Below, piece after piece: positions 27,935-36,693 of a stretch of 64,000 bases of DNA (positions are counted from its first letter, which is position 1; the number at the start of each line of letters is the position of its first letter). Source of the stretch: an uncultured Candidatus Cloacimonadota bacterium (lineage in GTDB: Bacteria > Cloacimonadota > Cloacimonadia > Cloacimonadales > WRIO01); contig CAZNKI010000015.1 of NCBI GenBank assembly GCA_964573665.1, forward strand, positions 556-64,555, given 5' to 3'. A program made the translations under genes and the position numbers. The notes below the pieces were generated by a model. The model saw only the letters and a program-made list of their open reading frames with translations, made no database searches and was not told the origin of the DNA.

Positions 27935-28952
27935 AAACATTATATCTCGAAGAATTATTGTTCGATCTCTGATATTATCCATATTGCTTACTGAATTAAT
28001 TTTCTTTTTTTTAGAAACTGAGATCCAGTACTTTATCAACAATATTATCCGAACTGTCAGTGGAAAAGCTGTTATTGCATCAACGCATTATGATGAAGAT
28101 GGAATTCCATATACCATTTATCCCGATGCAAAAAAGCAGTACAACCCTCTCTTTATCGCCAATGAAGGAAACGCTCAATACCGTTTGATCAATGAAGGAA
28201 AAGATGCTAAAACATTCTTTCATATTGTAAGATATCTTGAAAAAGAAAGCATACTTCAAGATGACAAAGCACGAATTCCTTATCATTTTGATTTTTCATA
28301 TCGTTCGATCCCCATTAAAGCCCCGTGGTTTTCCAGTTTAGCCCATGGATCAGTGATGCTTGTTTTTCAAAAGGCATATATACTCAGTGGAAATATGGAA
28401 TATCAAAGACTTGCTCAGGCATATCGTAATGGTCTGGATCAGCCTGATATTGGACTAACTTATCATCAAGGGGCAGATAAAATCTGGTTTGAAGAGTATC
28501 CAATTAAAGAAAAACCACACGTGTTAAACGGGATGATGGAAATATTGCTTAATCTTCATGAACACTATCAGTTAAGCGGTGATACGATTTCTTATCAGTA
28601 CTTTAAAAAAGGGATGAATGCGCTTGTTGATGATTTACCATTATATTCCAACGGCATCTTTTCATTCTATGACCGCCGAAAGGTGCCTTGTAACCGATCC
28701 TATCATGAAATGCATATCGATCAATTAAAACAATTGTATGAAATCAGCCATGAAGAAAAACTTCTTCCATTTATCAAACAATGGTCTGTTGGAGTGTATA
28801 TGCCTACTATCATTCAAGTCATCGTTGCAAAATCCATAAAAAGGATTGCGCTTTATTTGAGCTTTATCTTTGCTTTATTTATAATTTCATCATGTTCGGT
28901 ATATCTGTTAAAGAAGAATCCAAAAAACCCCGACGGGGTGACAGGATTATAG
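27924..28952 (+). CDS. membrane-anchored D-glucuronyl C5-epimerase C-terminal-domain-like protein
   Basis: N- and C-terminal TM segments. PWFSSLAHGSVMLVFQKAY and VLNGMMEILLNLHEHY resemble the conserved blocks of the C5-epimerase family (from memory). The last ~8 codons are encoded by the first REP hairpin. Confidence 0.5.
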   Translation: MHFKNIISRRIIVRSLILSILLTELIFFFLETEIQYFINNIIRTVSGKAVIASTHYDEDGIPYTIYPDAKKQYNPLFIANEGNAQYRLINEGKDAKTFFHIVRYLEKESILQDDKARIPYHFDFSYRSIPIKAPWFSSLAHGSVMLVFQKAYILSGNMEYQRLAQAYRNGLDQPDIGLTYHQGADKIWFEEYPIKEKPHVLNGMMEILLNLHEHYQLSGDTISYQYFKKGMNALVDDLPLYSNGIFSFYDRRKVPCNRSYHEMHIDQLKQLYEISHEEKLLPFIKQWSVGVYMPTIIQVIVAKSIKRIALYLSFIFALFIISSCSVYLLKKNPKNPDGVTGL

Positions 28953-29097
28953 AAGGTGACAGGATTATAGAAATTGTAACAACATCATCCATTAAAACCC
29001 CGAAGGGGTGAAAGGATTATAGAAGGTGACAGGATTATAGGATTATAAAAATAACCAAAAAATCATTCAAAACCCCGAAGGGGTGAAAGGATTATAG
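28928..29097 (+). repeat. three tandem REP units (~72-nt period): hairpin CCCCG-AC/AA-GGGG plus tail TGA[CA]AGGATTATAG
   Basis: REP1 at 28928-28952, REP2 at 28998-29022, REP3 at 29073-29097. Extra tail copies AAGGTGACAGGATTATAG at 28953-28970 and 29023-29040. Confidence 0.85.
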
Positions 29098-29101
29098 GAT
29101 T

Positions 29102-29563
29102 ATGGCAGGTACATTTTCACAGATTTACATTCAATATGTTTTTGCTGTTAAAGGCAGAGAAAACCTATTACAAAAACCTTGGCGTGATGATTTGTTTAAA
29201 TATATTGCAGGCATCATCAAAGGTAAAGGTCAAAAACCAATTATCGTTAATGGTGTTGCTGATCATGTACATGTTTTTGTTGGATTAAAGCCTATTGTTA
29301 ACATATCAGATTTGCTTCGAGATATTAAAAACAATTCATCCAATTACATCAACGAAAAGAATCTCGTCCATGGAAGATTCTCCTGGCAAGAAGGCTATGG
29401 TGCTTTTTCTTATGCTCATTCACAAATTGAAAGCGTATATCGATATATTTCTAATCAAGAAGAACACCATCAGAAGAAGAAGTTTAAAGATGAATACATC
29501 GATTTTCTTCAAAAATTTGAAATAGAATACAATGAAAAACATTTGTTCGAATGGATTGATTAA
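29102..29563 (+). CDS. IS200/IS605-family Y1 (HUH) transposase, REP-associated tyrosine transposase (RAYT)-like
   Basis: HUH motif (DHVHVFVG). Catalytic-Tyr region FSWQEGYGAFSYAHSQIESVYRYISNQEEHH. 153 aa. Confidence 0.85.
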   Translation: MAGTFSQIYIQYVFAVKGRENLLQKPWRDDLFKYIAGIIKGKGQKPIIVNGVADHVHVFVGLKPIVNISDLLRDIKNNSSNYINEKNLVHGRFSWQEGYGAFSYAHSQIESVYRYISNQEEHHQKKKFKDEYIDFLQKFEIEYNEKHLFEWID

Positions 29564-29576
29564 AACTTCGATTTTT

Positions 29577-29602
29577 CTATAATCCTGTCACCCAGTCGGG
29601 GT
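29577..29602 (-). repeat. inverted REP copy downstream of the RAYT gene
   Basis: Its reverse complement, AACCCCGACTGGGTGACAGGATTATAG, matches the upstream REP consensus. Confidence 0.8.
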
Positions 29603-29664
29603 TGATATGGATAATAACAATTGATTGATCATGACACGTTTGTTGCATTTTTGCAATTAGTTCT

Positions 29665-29692
29665 TGACAAGTTCAATGCATTGAATAATATC
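29665..29692 (+). promoter_or_regulatory. sigma70-like promoter TTGACA-N16-TAATAT
   Basis: Read directly from the sequence, upstream of the DUF3795 gene. Confidence 0.4.
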
Positions 29693-29718
29693 GTTCCATT
29701 AAATAAGTGGAGGGAATC

Positions 29719-30057
29719 ATGTGTAGTTTAAATCAAGGTGCATGTGGACTTGATTGTTATCAATGCGAAGCAAATATTGCTTATCGTGATAATGACCAGG
29801 CATTAAGAGAAGAAGTTGCAAAAAAATGGGCTGAACAATACGGTGCAGTCATGAAAGCAGATGATGTTAATTGCAGCGGTTGTATGCAGGAAGGTGTCAA
29901 AATCGGACATTGCGCTGAATGCGAAATGAGAGCTTGCAATATAAAACGCGGAACAAAACATTGTGCTGAATGTGATGAGTTCTCATGTGAAACAATTGAA
30001 AAATTTATGAATATGGTTCCTGTTGCCAAAGAGAACCTGATGAAATTAAGAAAATAA
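29719..30057 (+). CDS. DUF3795-like cysteine-rich protein
   Basis: Cys clusters CGLDCYQC, CSGC, CAECEMRAC and CAECDEFSC. ATG at 29719 follows a GGAGGG RBS; the track start at 29707 is a GTG. Confidence 0.7.
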   Translation: MCSLNQGACGLDCYQCEANIAYRDNDQALREEVAKKWAEQYGAVMKADDVNCSGCMQEGVKIGHCAECEMRACNIKRGTKHCAECDEFSCETIEKFMNMVPVAKENLMKLRK

Positions 30058-30071
30058 ATACTTGGATGAGT

Positions 30072-30096
30072 TATGGAGCCGGCTCGGCTCGAGCCG
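30072..30096. repeat. 25-nt GC-rich palindromic element TATGGAGCCGGCTCGGCTCGAGCCG, copy 1
   Basis: Identical to 42617-42641. Contains overlapping palindromes GAGCCGGCTC and CGGCTCGAGCCG. It begins 15 nt after the stop codon of a plus-strand gene. Confidence 0.8.
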
Positions 30097-30168
30097 AAAA
30101 TCCAGATATTTTTTAAAACTATGATCTATTTATCTTAGTGCTTAAATCGTATTCTTTGTATTGTTGCA

Positions 30169-30196
30169 GGCAGTAGGATGATATTTTTCTACTGCC
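30169..30196. terminator. stem-loop GGCAGTAG-N12-CTACTGCC between convergent genes
   Basis: 8-bp perfect stem in an AT-rich context between the 29719-30057 (+) and 30215-30892 (-) genes. The U-tract is weak. Confidence 0.45.
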
Positions 30197-30214
30197 TATT
30201 ATATCATTTTCATT

Positions 30215-30892
30215 CTAATTCAATTTCATATAATTCGCATTGATTAATGAAATACCTGCCTGATCATATTTCTGGATTAGATCATTATAGTTTTCAGGTT
30301 TTCCAAGCAGAATTCCATCAACAAATATATTCACTTTATACTTACGATTAAGTGCTCCTTTAGCAGTTGTAAATACACAATACTCCCCATCAATACCACA
30401 TAAGTACAGCTCATCTACTTGATTTTCGATCAGATATTCATCAAGCTTTGGATTTGTAAAGGCATCTCCCCTGTCTTTTGTAAAGTCGATATTTGAGAAA
30501 AACTGAAGTCTTTTATCCATTTTAGCGCCTTCAGTCCCCTTAATCGTTGTGCCTTTCATAAAGACCTTTGACATCATTTGTCCAAATATCCCATCAAATT
30601 CCTGACGGATATAGATGATTTTCATACCTCTAAGACTTGCGGAGTACTGAATGGCATTTATTCTCTGAAAGAACAGATCAATATCTTGATAATTAGCTTT
30701 CATCTTTGCATGTTCACCCAAATAATCTTCCTGAGTATCGATAACCAGTAGTGCTTTTGCGGGACGATCATATTGTTTAATCGGCACTCCTTTACTCGGT
30801 GTTGAAATATAATTGATAAAGAGAAACATTGAAATGATCAAAGCGATAATTACAGAAGTTATGATCAGAATAATTTTTATCCATAGTTTCAT
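30215..30892 (-). CDS. membrane-anchored isochorismatase-family cysteine hydrolase
   Basis: N-terminal TM. LLVIDTQEDY and LYLCGIDGEYCV (catalytic Cys) motifs. Confidence 0.75.
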   Translation of the reverse strand: MKLWIKIILIITSVIIALIISMFLFINYISTPSKGVPIKQYDRPAKALLVIDTQEDYLGEHAKMKANYQDIDLFFQRINAIQYSASLRGMKIIYIRQEFDGIFGQMMSKVFMKGTTIKGTEGAKMDKRLQFFSNIDFTKDRGDAFTNPKLDEYLIENQVDELYLCGIDGEYCVFTTAKGALNRKYKVNIFVDGILLGKPENYNDLIQKYDQAGISLINANYMKLN

Positions 30893-30904
30893 AAGTACCT
30901 CGAA

Positions 30905-31879
30905 TTAGATAGATTTTTTTAACAGAACCTCTAACAGATCATTTTTAATATCTGCTTCTCCATTGATTGCATCAACCACAAAAGAAATCAGAGGCAATGA
31001 AATATTTAAGCGGGTGAGTTTCATCACTGTTTTCGCCATTGACACGCCTTCGACTTCCATGCCGACTTTTTCTAATGCGTCATTTACGCTAAACCCTTGA
31101 GCCAGTAGTTTTCCAAATTGTCTGTTTCTGCTATTCTCAGATAAGCAGGTTGTGATCAGATCGCCCATACCAGCGATACCATAGACAGTTTTAGGATTGA
31201 CATTAAAAAACTTCATTAATTTATAAAATTCAGCAAGTCCCTTAGTCATTAGAAGACCATAAATATTGGTTTTATACCCAAGACCATCAGCGATACCAAC
31301 GGCAATGGCAATCAAGCCTTTCAACGAAGAGGTAAGCTCAATCCCTTTCACATCTGTACTGAACTCAAAAAAGAGTTGTGAATTTTCGAGTTGGCTCTGC
31401 AAATAAAACAACAATTCTATATTATCAGAAGCCAATACTGCTTTGGCAGGCAATCCTTCGGCGATTTCTCGGGCAATGGTTGGTCCGGAAAGATTTGCAA
31501 ATCGAACAGAAGGGAGTATTTCTTTGACAATTTCATGTATCGTTTTGAGGCTTTTATGTTGCACTCCTTTAGAAACATTGACATAGATTAGATCTGAGTA
31601 ATTATGACTTTTCAGTTCCTGGCAAATTTCTGTGACTTTCCTTGAAGGAACGCCAACGATCAGGATATCACCTTCTTCAATTTTTGAAGTATATTTTTGC
31701 TCAGCGATAATGGAATCAGGGAGTATAAAACCAGGTAAAAATTGTTTATTTTCTTTATCCAGATTAATCTGGTCGGCTTCATCTTTTGTATTTGTCCATA
31801 ATACCACTTGATTTTTTTTAGCAAAGACCAGTGCAAGTGTCGTACCCCAGTTTCCAGCACCTAAAACATAAATCTTCAT
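30905..31879 (-). CDS. gpsA: NAD(P)H-dependent glycerol-3-phosphate dehydrogenase
   Basis: N-terminus MKIYVLGAGNWGTTLA (Rossmann fold). The rest has GpsA-like blocks (NLSGPTIAREIA, GMGDLITTC). Confidence 0.92.
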   Translation of the reverse strand: MKIYVLGAGNWGTTLALVFAKKNQVVLWTNTKDEADQINLDKENKQFLPGFILPDSIIAEQKYTSKIEEGDILIVGVPSRKVTEICQELKSHNYSDLIYVNVSKGVQHKSLKTIHEIVKEILPSVRFANLSGPTIAREIAEGLPAKAVLASDNIELLFYLQSQLENSQLFFEFSTDVKGIELTSSLKGLIAIAVGIADGLGYKTNIYGLLMTKGLAEFYKLMKFFNVNPKTVYGIAGMGDLITTCLSENSRNRQFGKLLAQGFSVNDALEKVGMEVEGVSMAKTVMKLTRLNISLPLISFVVDAINGEADIKNDLLEVLLKKSI

Positions 31880-31897
31880 AAGAAGCTCCTTTACTAA

Positions 31898-32785
31898 TTA
31901 ATGACTTTTAGAAAGCACTAAACCATCATAATCAAGAGTAAATGCATGAGGATCGTGGTCGAAAATCAGTAAACCTTTTTTTTCTTTGAGTTCGTTGATA
32001 ATGTTGGTCTTCATCTGATAGCAAGTTTTTCTGCATATTTCATAGGCAGAAGTAACCGACGGAGTTAAATGCAGTTCAGAGGGAAACAAATCTCCTGCAT
32101 AAATCAGAGGACGTCCCAGATCATTGATTTTGACAATCTGCATACCTTCAGAATGACCCTGAACCAACTGTAAAATGATATCAGGGAACAATTCTGTATC
32201 ACCGTCAATCAGATCCAGTTTGATTGAATCACTGAGCAGGCGAATATGTTCCTGAAATGGATAAGCGGCTTGATTGAGTGAATTAGGATTGGTAGCGGTC
32301 AGCCATTCTCTTTTTTGAACATGATGATAGGCATTGGGAAAAGTCAGTTCATCTGGGAAATCTTTATGGATGATCCCCCCCATATGATCAAAGTGTAAAT
32401 GAGTTAAAATCACATGATGAATATCTTCTCTCTTTAAGCCATGAGATTTTAATTGTTCTAACAAGGTAAAAGGCCCAGGACGATATATCTTGATTTGCTT
32501 TTCTGAGAGTACATTTCCTAACCCTGTATCTACGAGAATATTATTGTTATTGTACTGAATCAGTAAGCAATTGAGTTCCATTTTAATTGTATCATTTTCA
32601 TATAAATCTACAGATTTTTTCCATATTGCTTTTGGCAGGACTCCCATAGCAGCGCCAGCATCAGTAAAATAATGACCTGCGCTCAGCAAGAAGACCTTCA
32701 ATTTTGCATTTTGGGTATTGATAATCAAAGTATTCCCCTTTATAATAAAAAAAGACAGAGTATCATTTACTCTGTCTTTCATCAA
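31898..32785 (-). CDS. MBL-fold metallo-hydrolase
   Basis: HxHxDH motif (LTHLHFDHMGG). Confidence 0.8.
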   Translation of the reverse strand: MMKDRVNDTLSFFIIKGNTLIINTQNAKLKVFLLSAGHYFTDAGAAMGVLPKAIWKKSVDLYENDTIKMELNCLLIQYNNNNILVDTGLGNVLSEKQIKIYRPGPFTLLEQLKSHGLKREDIHHVILTHLHFDHMGGIIHKDFPDELTFPNAYHHVQKREWLTATNPNSLNQAAYPFQEHIRLLSDSIKLDLIDGDTELFPDIILQLVQGHSEGMQIVKINDLGRPLIYAGDLFPSELHLTPSVTSAYEICRKTCYQMKTNIINELKEKKGLLIFDHDPHAFTLDYDGLVLSKSH

Positions 32786-32788
32786 TAT

Positions 32789-33481
32789 TTATTCTTCTGG
32801 TAATGGTGTCTTCACAGGTTTTTTGTATATTCTTTCTGAAGAGGCACTCACTGAACGTCCTCTGGTCAGAGATATAATCACTTGTCTTTTTTTACCATCA
32901 CCGACAGTCGCGGTTTTGAATCTTTTATCATCTAATACCATTTGATGAACGACTCTTCTTTCAGATGATGTCATAGGTTTTAACTTTACGCTCATCTTTG
33001 TTTTTAAAACTCTGGAAAGCGCTATTTTTACCTCTCGAACCAACCCATCAGATCGTCTTTGACGGTAACCATCAACATCCAATTTAATTGAAGAACGGTT
33101 TTCCTGATTTTTGAGTACAGCTAAATTTAAAAGATATTCTAAATCATTAAGAAAATTGCCATCTTTGCCGATAAGAAATCCAGGTTCACTTGGATTGACA
33201 ATAGTAACTTCAAAACCAGATTCTTCTTTTTTAATATCGATACTGTCAACTTCGAGATTAACCAATTGAAAGAATGTTTTTAAGTAATTCTTTATGCTAT
33301 CTTCAACATCAAAAACTGTAAAACGTACCACAGCTTCTTTACCGCCAAACATCCCTAAAAAGGATGAGGAGGGTTGCTGAATTATCTCATAAGAAAATTG
33401 ATCATCGCTAAGATTATGTTCTGATTTAAGTTCATCAATAGCTAACTGAACTGTTTTTGCTTTTTTTTCAATAGTTTTCAT
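32789..33481 (-). CDS. khpB: Jag/KhpB RNA-binding protein (Jag_N, KH, R3H)
   Basis: Located immediately downstream of yidC with a 4-nt overlap. KH-like GFLIGKDGNFLNDLEYL and R3H-like region SSERRVVHQMV. Confidence 0.85.
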   Translation of the reverse strand: MKTIEKKAKTVQLAIDELKSEHNLSDDQFSYEIIQQPSSSFLGMFGGKEAVVRFTVFDVEDSIKNYLKTFFQLVNLEVDSIDIKKEESGFEVTIVNPSEPGFLIGKDGNFLNDLEYLLNLAVLKNQENRSSIKLDVDGYRQRRSDGLVREVKIALSRVLKTKMSVKLKPMTSSERRVVHQMVLDDKRFKTATVGDGKKRQVIISLTRGRSVSASSERIYKKPVKTPLPEE

Positions 33482-35172
33482 CTTACAGCCTTCTTTTTAT
33501 AATCTTGATACAATTGTTGAGCGATCTGGAATACATTGAATACCATCCAGTAAAGTACTAAACCTGATGGTAATGATTTAAAGATAAAGAACATAAATAC
33601 AGGCATGATATACAACATCATTTTCTGACTTTGGATCTGTGCTTTTTGTGTATCATCCATTCTTTGTAATTCTTCAGGAGTATTTTTTGGTGAAGACATC
33701 TTCTGTTGAACAAACATTGAGACACCCATCAAAATTGGCAAAATCCAGTATGCATCAGGTTCTGATAAATCCGTCAACCAGCCAAAGAATGATGCTTGTC
33801 TTAAATCAATTGAATTTTTCAAGACAGGATACAAAGCAAAGAATATTGGCATTTGTAACAAGATAGGTAAACATCCGCCTAATGGACTGACTTTGTGCTC
33901 TTTGTATAATTTTTTCAGTTCCTGATTCATACGAATCGGATCACTCTTGTATTGTTGTTGAATCTCTTTCATCAGAGGATTGATTTCCTGCATCTTTTTT
34001 GCAGAACTCATCGTTTTATTGGTCAATGGAGTCAATAATACCTTTAAGAATAAAGCAAAGATGATGATCACAATTCCCCAGTTGCTAATGAATTTATTAA
34101 TAAAAGTAAGGAATTTTAAGAAAAATTTACTGATCCAGCGAATCCAGTTACCACCCAATTCGGCGATATCTTCCATACCATTGTTGTAAGAAGCTAAACG
34201 GTGATAGTCCACTGGTCCTAAATATAAGCTGTAATAATCTTCGAAAGTGGTACTGTTTTTTGAGAACTGAACATTATATTTAAACGCAGGGCTGTCATTT
34301 TTAGCAGTAATTTCAATATTTTTTGATTCAATTTTCTTTTCAGGCACTAAAGCATAAATAAAGTATTTTGAACGAACGGCTGCCCAATCGATTCGACCTT
34401 CATGTTTCAGGAATTCATCAACTTTGGGTCCCGCACCACTCTCATTTTCAGTTTTGAACTTTGCAATATCTTTTATGATGCGTGAAAGTGCGACATCTTT
34501 ATATTCATTATTGACCTGACTTACGACTTTAAAGGTATTTTTTTTGTCTTTAACAGAAGCAGGATTATCTTCGGTAAGATTGATGCCTGATGCAAATGAA
34601 ATACTATACGCTTTTATATCAGCGTAATTATTATTAATTAATCTGAAATCAAGATTATAATCATCTTTTAAAGTAATCACTTTTCTAAAGACTCTGTTAT
34701 TCTGTGCATCTTCAATATAAAATTCGATACTTTGTGTTGAGTCGGTTTTGATGATTTCATGTTTTAAATTATAAGCATCTAATGCTTGTGTTCCTTTTGC
34801 GGAGCTAAGTGAAACATTGAGTAAAGATGCGTTTTCAGGGATTAATTGAACTGGAGTTTTCTTATCTGAATTTGTAAAATCTTTAACGATGATTGAGTTT
34901 AAATTACCGCCACGGTTGGTAAAACTAAGTTTTAAATGTTCATTTTCAAGTAGTATATGATCCTGTAATTCAACAGAAGAGACAATCAATGAATCTGTGC
35001 TTAATACAGCTTCTTCTTTTGGCTGAGATTGATTTTCAGTTGTTTTAGCAACTGATTGAGTATTGGTTTTTGAAGTTTGCTGGTTTAGGGTTTTTGGTTT
35101 CCAGAAATATTCTGAAGCAACCCACCAAATGAGCATGATTAATACCATTGCAATTAAAGTTCTTTTTTCCAA
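33478..35172 (-). CDS. yidC: membrane protein insertase YidC
   Basis: N-terminal TM, large periplasmic domain, and a conserved C-terminal 5-TM core (GCLPILLQMPIFFALY). Confidence 0.92.
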   Translation of the reverse strand: MEKRTLIAMVLIMLIWWVASEYFWKPKTLNQQTSKTNTQSVAKTTENQSQPKEEAVLSTDSLIVSSVELQDHILLENEHLKLSFTNRGGNLNSIIVKDFTNSDKKTPVQLIPENASLLNVSLSSAKGTQALDAYNLKHEIIKTDSTQSIEFYIEDAQNNRVFRKVITLKDDYNLDFRLINNNYADIKAYSISFASGINLTEDNPASVKDKKNTFKVVSQVNNEYKDVALSRIIKDIAKFKTENESGAGPKVDEFLKHEGRIDWAAVRSKYFIYALVPEKKIESKNIEITAKNDSPAFKYNVQFSKNSTTFEDYYSLYLGPVDYHRLASYNNGMEDIAELGGNWIRWISKFFLKFLTFINKFISNWGIVIIIFALFLKVLLTPLTNKTMSSAKKMQEINPLMKEIQQQYKSDPIRMNQELKKLYKEHKVSPLGGCLPILLQMPIFFALYPVLKNSIDLRQASFFGWLTDLSEPDAYWILPILMGVSMFVQQKMSSPKNTPEELQRMDDTQKAQIQSQKMMLYIMPVFMFFIFKSLPSGLVLYWMVFNVFQIAQQLYQDYKKKAVR

Positions 35173-35184
35173 GTTTCCTCCTGA

Positions 35185-35403
35185 TTAGGGTAAAGGGTCA
35201 AATCCGCCCGGATGAAAGGGATGACACTTTGATATTCGTTTGATAGAGAGATAAAAAGCTTTGTGGATAGGATATTTGACAAATGCCTGACGGGCATATT
35301 CACTGCAAGTCGGTTCAAATCTGCAAGATGGGGGTAAATAAGGGGAAATGAGTTTTTGGTAGAAACGAATAAGCAGTAAAAAAGGAGTATTAATTTGGCG
35401 CAT
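35185..35403 (-). CDS. yidD: membrane protein insertion efficiency factor YidD
   Basis: [23 protein letters not shown] ... HPGGFDP, the canonical YidD sequence. Confidence 0.9.
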   Translation of the reverse strand: MRQINTPFLLLIRFYQKLISPYLPPSCRFEPTCSEYARQAFVKYPIHKAFYLSIKRISKCHPFHPGGFDPLP

Positions 35404-35728
35404 TTTGACTTAACTTTTTAAACAGATAATTAATTTCATTTTTGATATCCGAAAATTCCACATGAGCGACATCCGGCTTGGCAATAATATTCACATAAAA
35501 ATGGGACAAGGCTGAAGGAAAGGATAAAGAAGTTAGAATTGCTTTCAAACGTCTTCGGATTCGATTACGAATAACAGCATTTCCAACTTTTTTGCTCACT
35601 GTCAATCCAACAGCCAATTCATCGTTGTCCCTGTCAATAATATAAACAAACAAAAAATTCTTACCAAATATCTTCGTTTGAGAATTTCTTAAACGATCAT
35701 AGAGTTTCTTTTGTTTGATTCTCAGCAT
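35390..35728 (-). CDS. rnpA: ribonuclease P protein component
   Basis: Located between rpmH and yidD. Basic RNR motif ([12 protein letters not shown]). Confidence 0.88.
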   Translation of the reverse strand: MLRIKQKKLYDRLRNSQTKIFGKNFLFVYIIDRDNDELAVGLTVSKKVGNAVIRNRIRRRLKAILTSLSFPSALSHFYVNIIAKPDVAHVEFSDIKNEINYLFKKLSQNAPN

Positions 35729-35863
35729 TTATACACAGAGTACTTTTCTTCCTTTTGCTCTTCTGCGTTTTAATACTCTGCGACCATTCTTTGTAGCCAT
35801 TCTTGATCTGAAACCATGTACAGATTTTTTTCTTCTATTGTGTGGCTGAAAAGTTCTTTTCAT
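35729..35863 (-). CDS. rpmH: 50S ribosomal protein L34
   Basis: Not in the ORF track because it is under 60 aa. My translation is [53 protein letters not shown] upstream. Confidence 0.9.
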   Translation of the reverse strand: MKRTFQPHNRRKKSVHGFRSRMATKNGRRVLKRRRAKGRKVLCV

Positions 35864-36063
35864 TAGTCCTCCAATTTATACTTTTTTATTATAATTCTTT
35901 CTTAGATTGCCAAATTATTATTTCGCAAGGAAGTGTCAAGGATAAAAATTTGGATAATTCATTCCTCTCTTTGTAGGCGTGACCTCGTCAGCTGATGCTA
36001 AGTTCATTGTTTATATTGTTGTTGTTCTATCATTTATCTATGTTTTTCATTTTCTCGTAGGGT

Positions 36064-36166
36064 GCAGACCTGTGTGTCTGTCCAATTATTCGTAAGGTAA
36101 TCTACCAGATTGCTAAAATCGTTGTGCATGCATCCCTGCTTGCACCATTTCAGATGGGCAGGCGTA
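36064..36166. repeat. cluster of REP-like hairpins
   Basis: CAGAC-N6-GTCTG, GTAATCT-ACC-AGATTGC (36097-36113), GTGCATGCA-TCCC-TGCTTGCAC (one mismatch), and GGGCAGG-N7-CCTGCCC (36146-36166). The stems are related to those at 9.7 and 13.4 kb. Confidence 0.65.
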
Positions 36167-36212
36167 AAACCTGCCCCTACATGCAAAATCTTCGATACAG
36201 GAAGACCGAAAA

Positions 36213-36328
36213 TACTTGATATCAAATTTCTCCAGGAGTGGTTTTTTGGTCAGAAAACGCATCATTTTGTCAATTTACCATAGGTTAACACTCAGTTCCG
36301 TCTCGGTTCACCCTCGGTTCAGCTATTT
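36213..36328 (-). repeat. ~116-nt intergenic repeat module X, copy 2 (inverted relative to copy 1)
   Basis: The reverse complement aligns with 12838-12954. Contains the tandem CTCGGTTCAcc/CTCGGTTCAgc. Confidence 0.65.
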
Positions 36329-36693
36329 GTTTTATATCGCTTATCTAGTTTTTGACACAAAAACTATCAAATATTGATAAAATCTTCACTCAATTTACAG
36401 ATGGCACCATTAGTCTTCAAAATCAACTTGAACCGTTGATTCATATTGATCATCGGAAGTGATAATTAGATTGTTTGTGCCTTCTTCAAATCTGATCTTG
36501 ATGTTGTAAATGATATGGTCAACTTTACCATTTTCATCGTAGATATTTTGATAGGAGTATGGCACACCAGCAATTTGCCCAACAAAGAAGGTATTATGTC
36601 AAGGAAAAACATTTACATATTATTAAAAAAGAAATGAGAAATTATCTTGACGGTATCCCTCCATTGTGTTTATATTTAAAAATTGGAGGGATA

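Larger units (their letters stand above)
28928..29602 (+). mobile_element. RAYT-type unit: IS200-like Y1 transposase gene bracketed by REP hairpins in inverted orientation
   Basis: Forward REPs lie upstream at 28928-29097. An inverted REP, CTATAATCCTGTCACCCAGTCGGGGTT, lies downstream at 29577-29602. No tnpB partner is present. Confidence 0.7.

Noticed and set aside
28928-29097. Possible CRISPR array (regularly spaced ~25-nt repeats with ~45-nt spacers)
   Set aside because: There are only three units. The 'spacers' are themselves related to one another and contain partial repeat copies. The repeats carry a REP-type hairpin next to a Y1 transposase, and no cas genes are present. This is a REP cluster, not a CRISPR array.
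35930-35965. DnaA boxes / oriC next to rpmH
   Set aside because: There is only one 8/9 match (TTATCCAAA) and a weaker neighbour. There is no box cluster, no AT-rich unwinding repeats that I could define, and no dnaA gene. This is insufficient to call an origin.
36413-36598. 62-codon minus-strand open frame ending ..YNIKIRFEEGTNNLIITSDDQYESTVQVDFED*
   Set aside because: It has no start codon or RBS and is bounded upstream by an in-frame stop. It may be a C-terminal gene remnant, but I cannot support it as a feature without a homology search.
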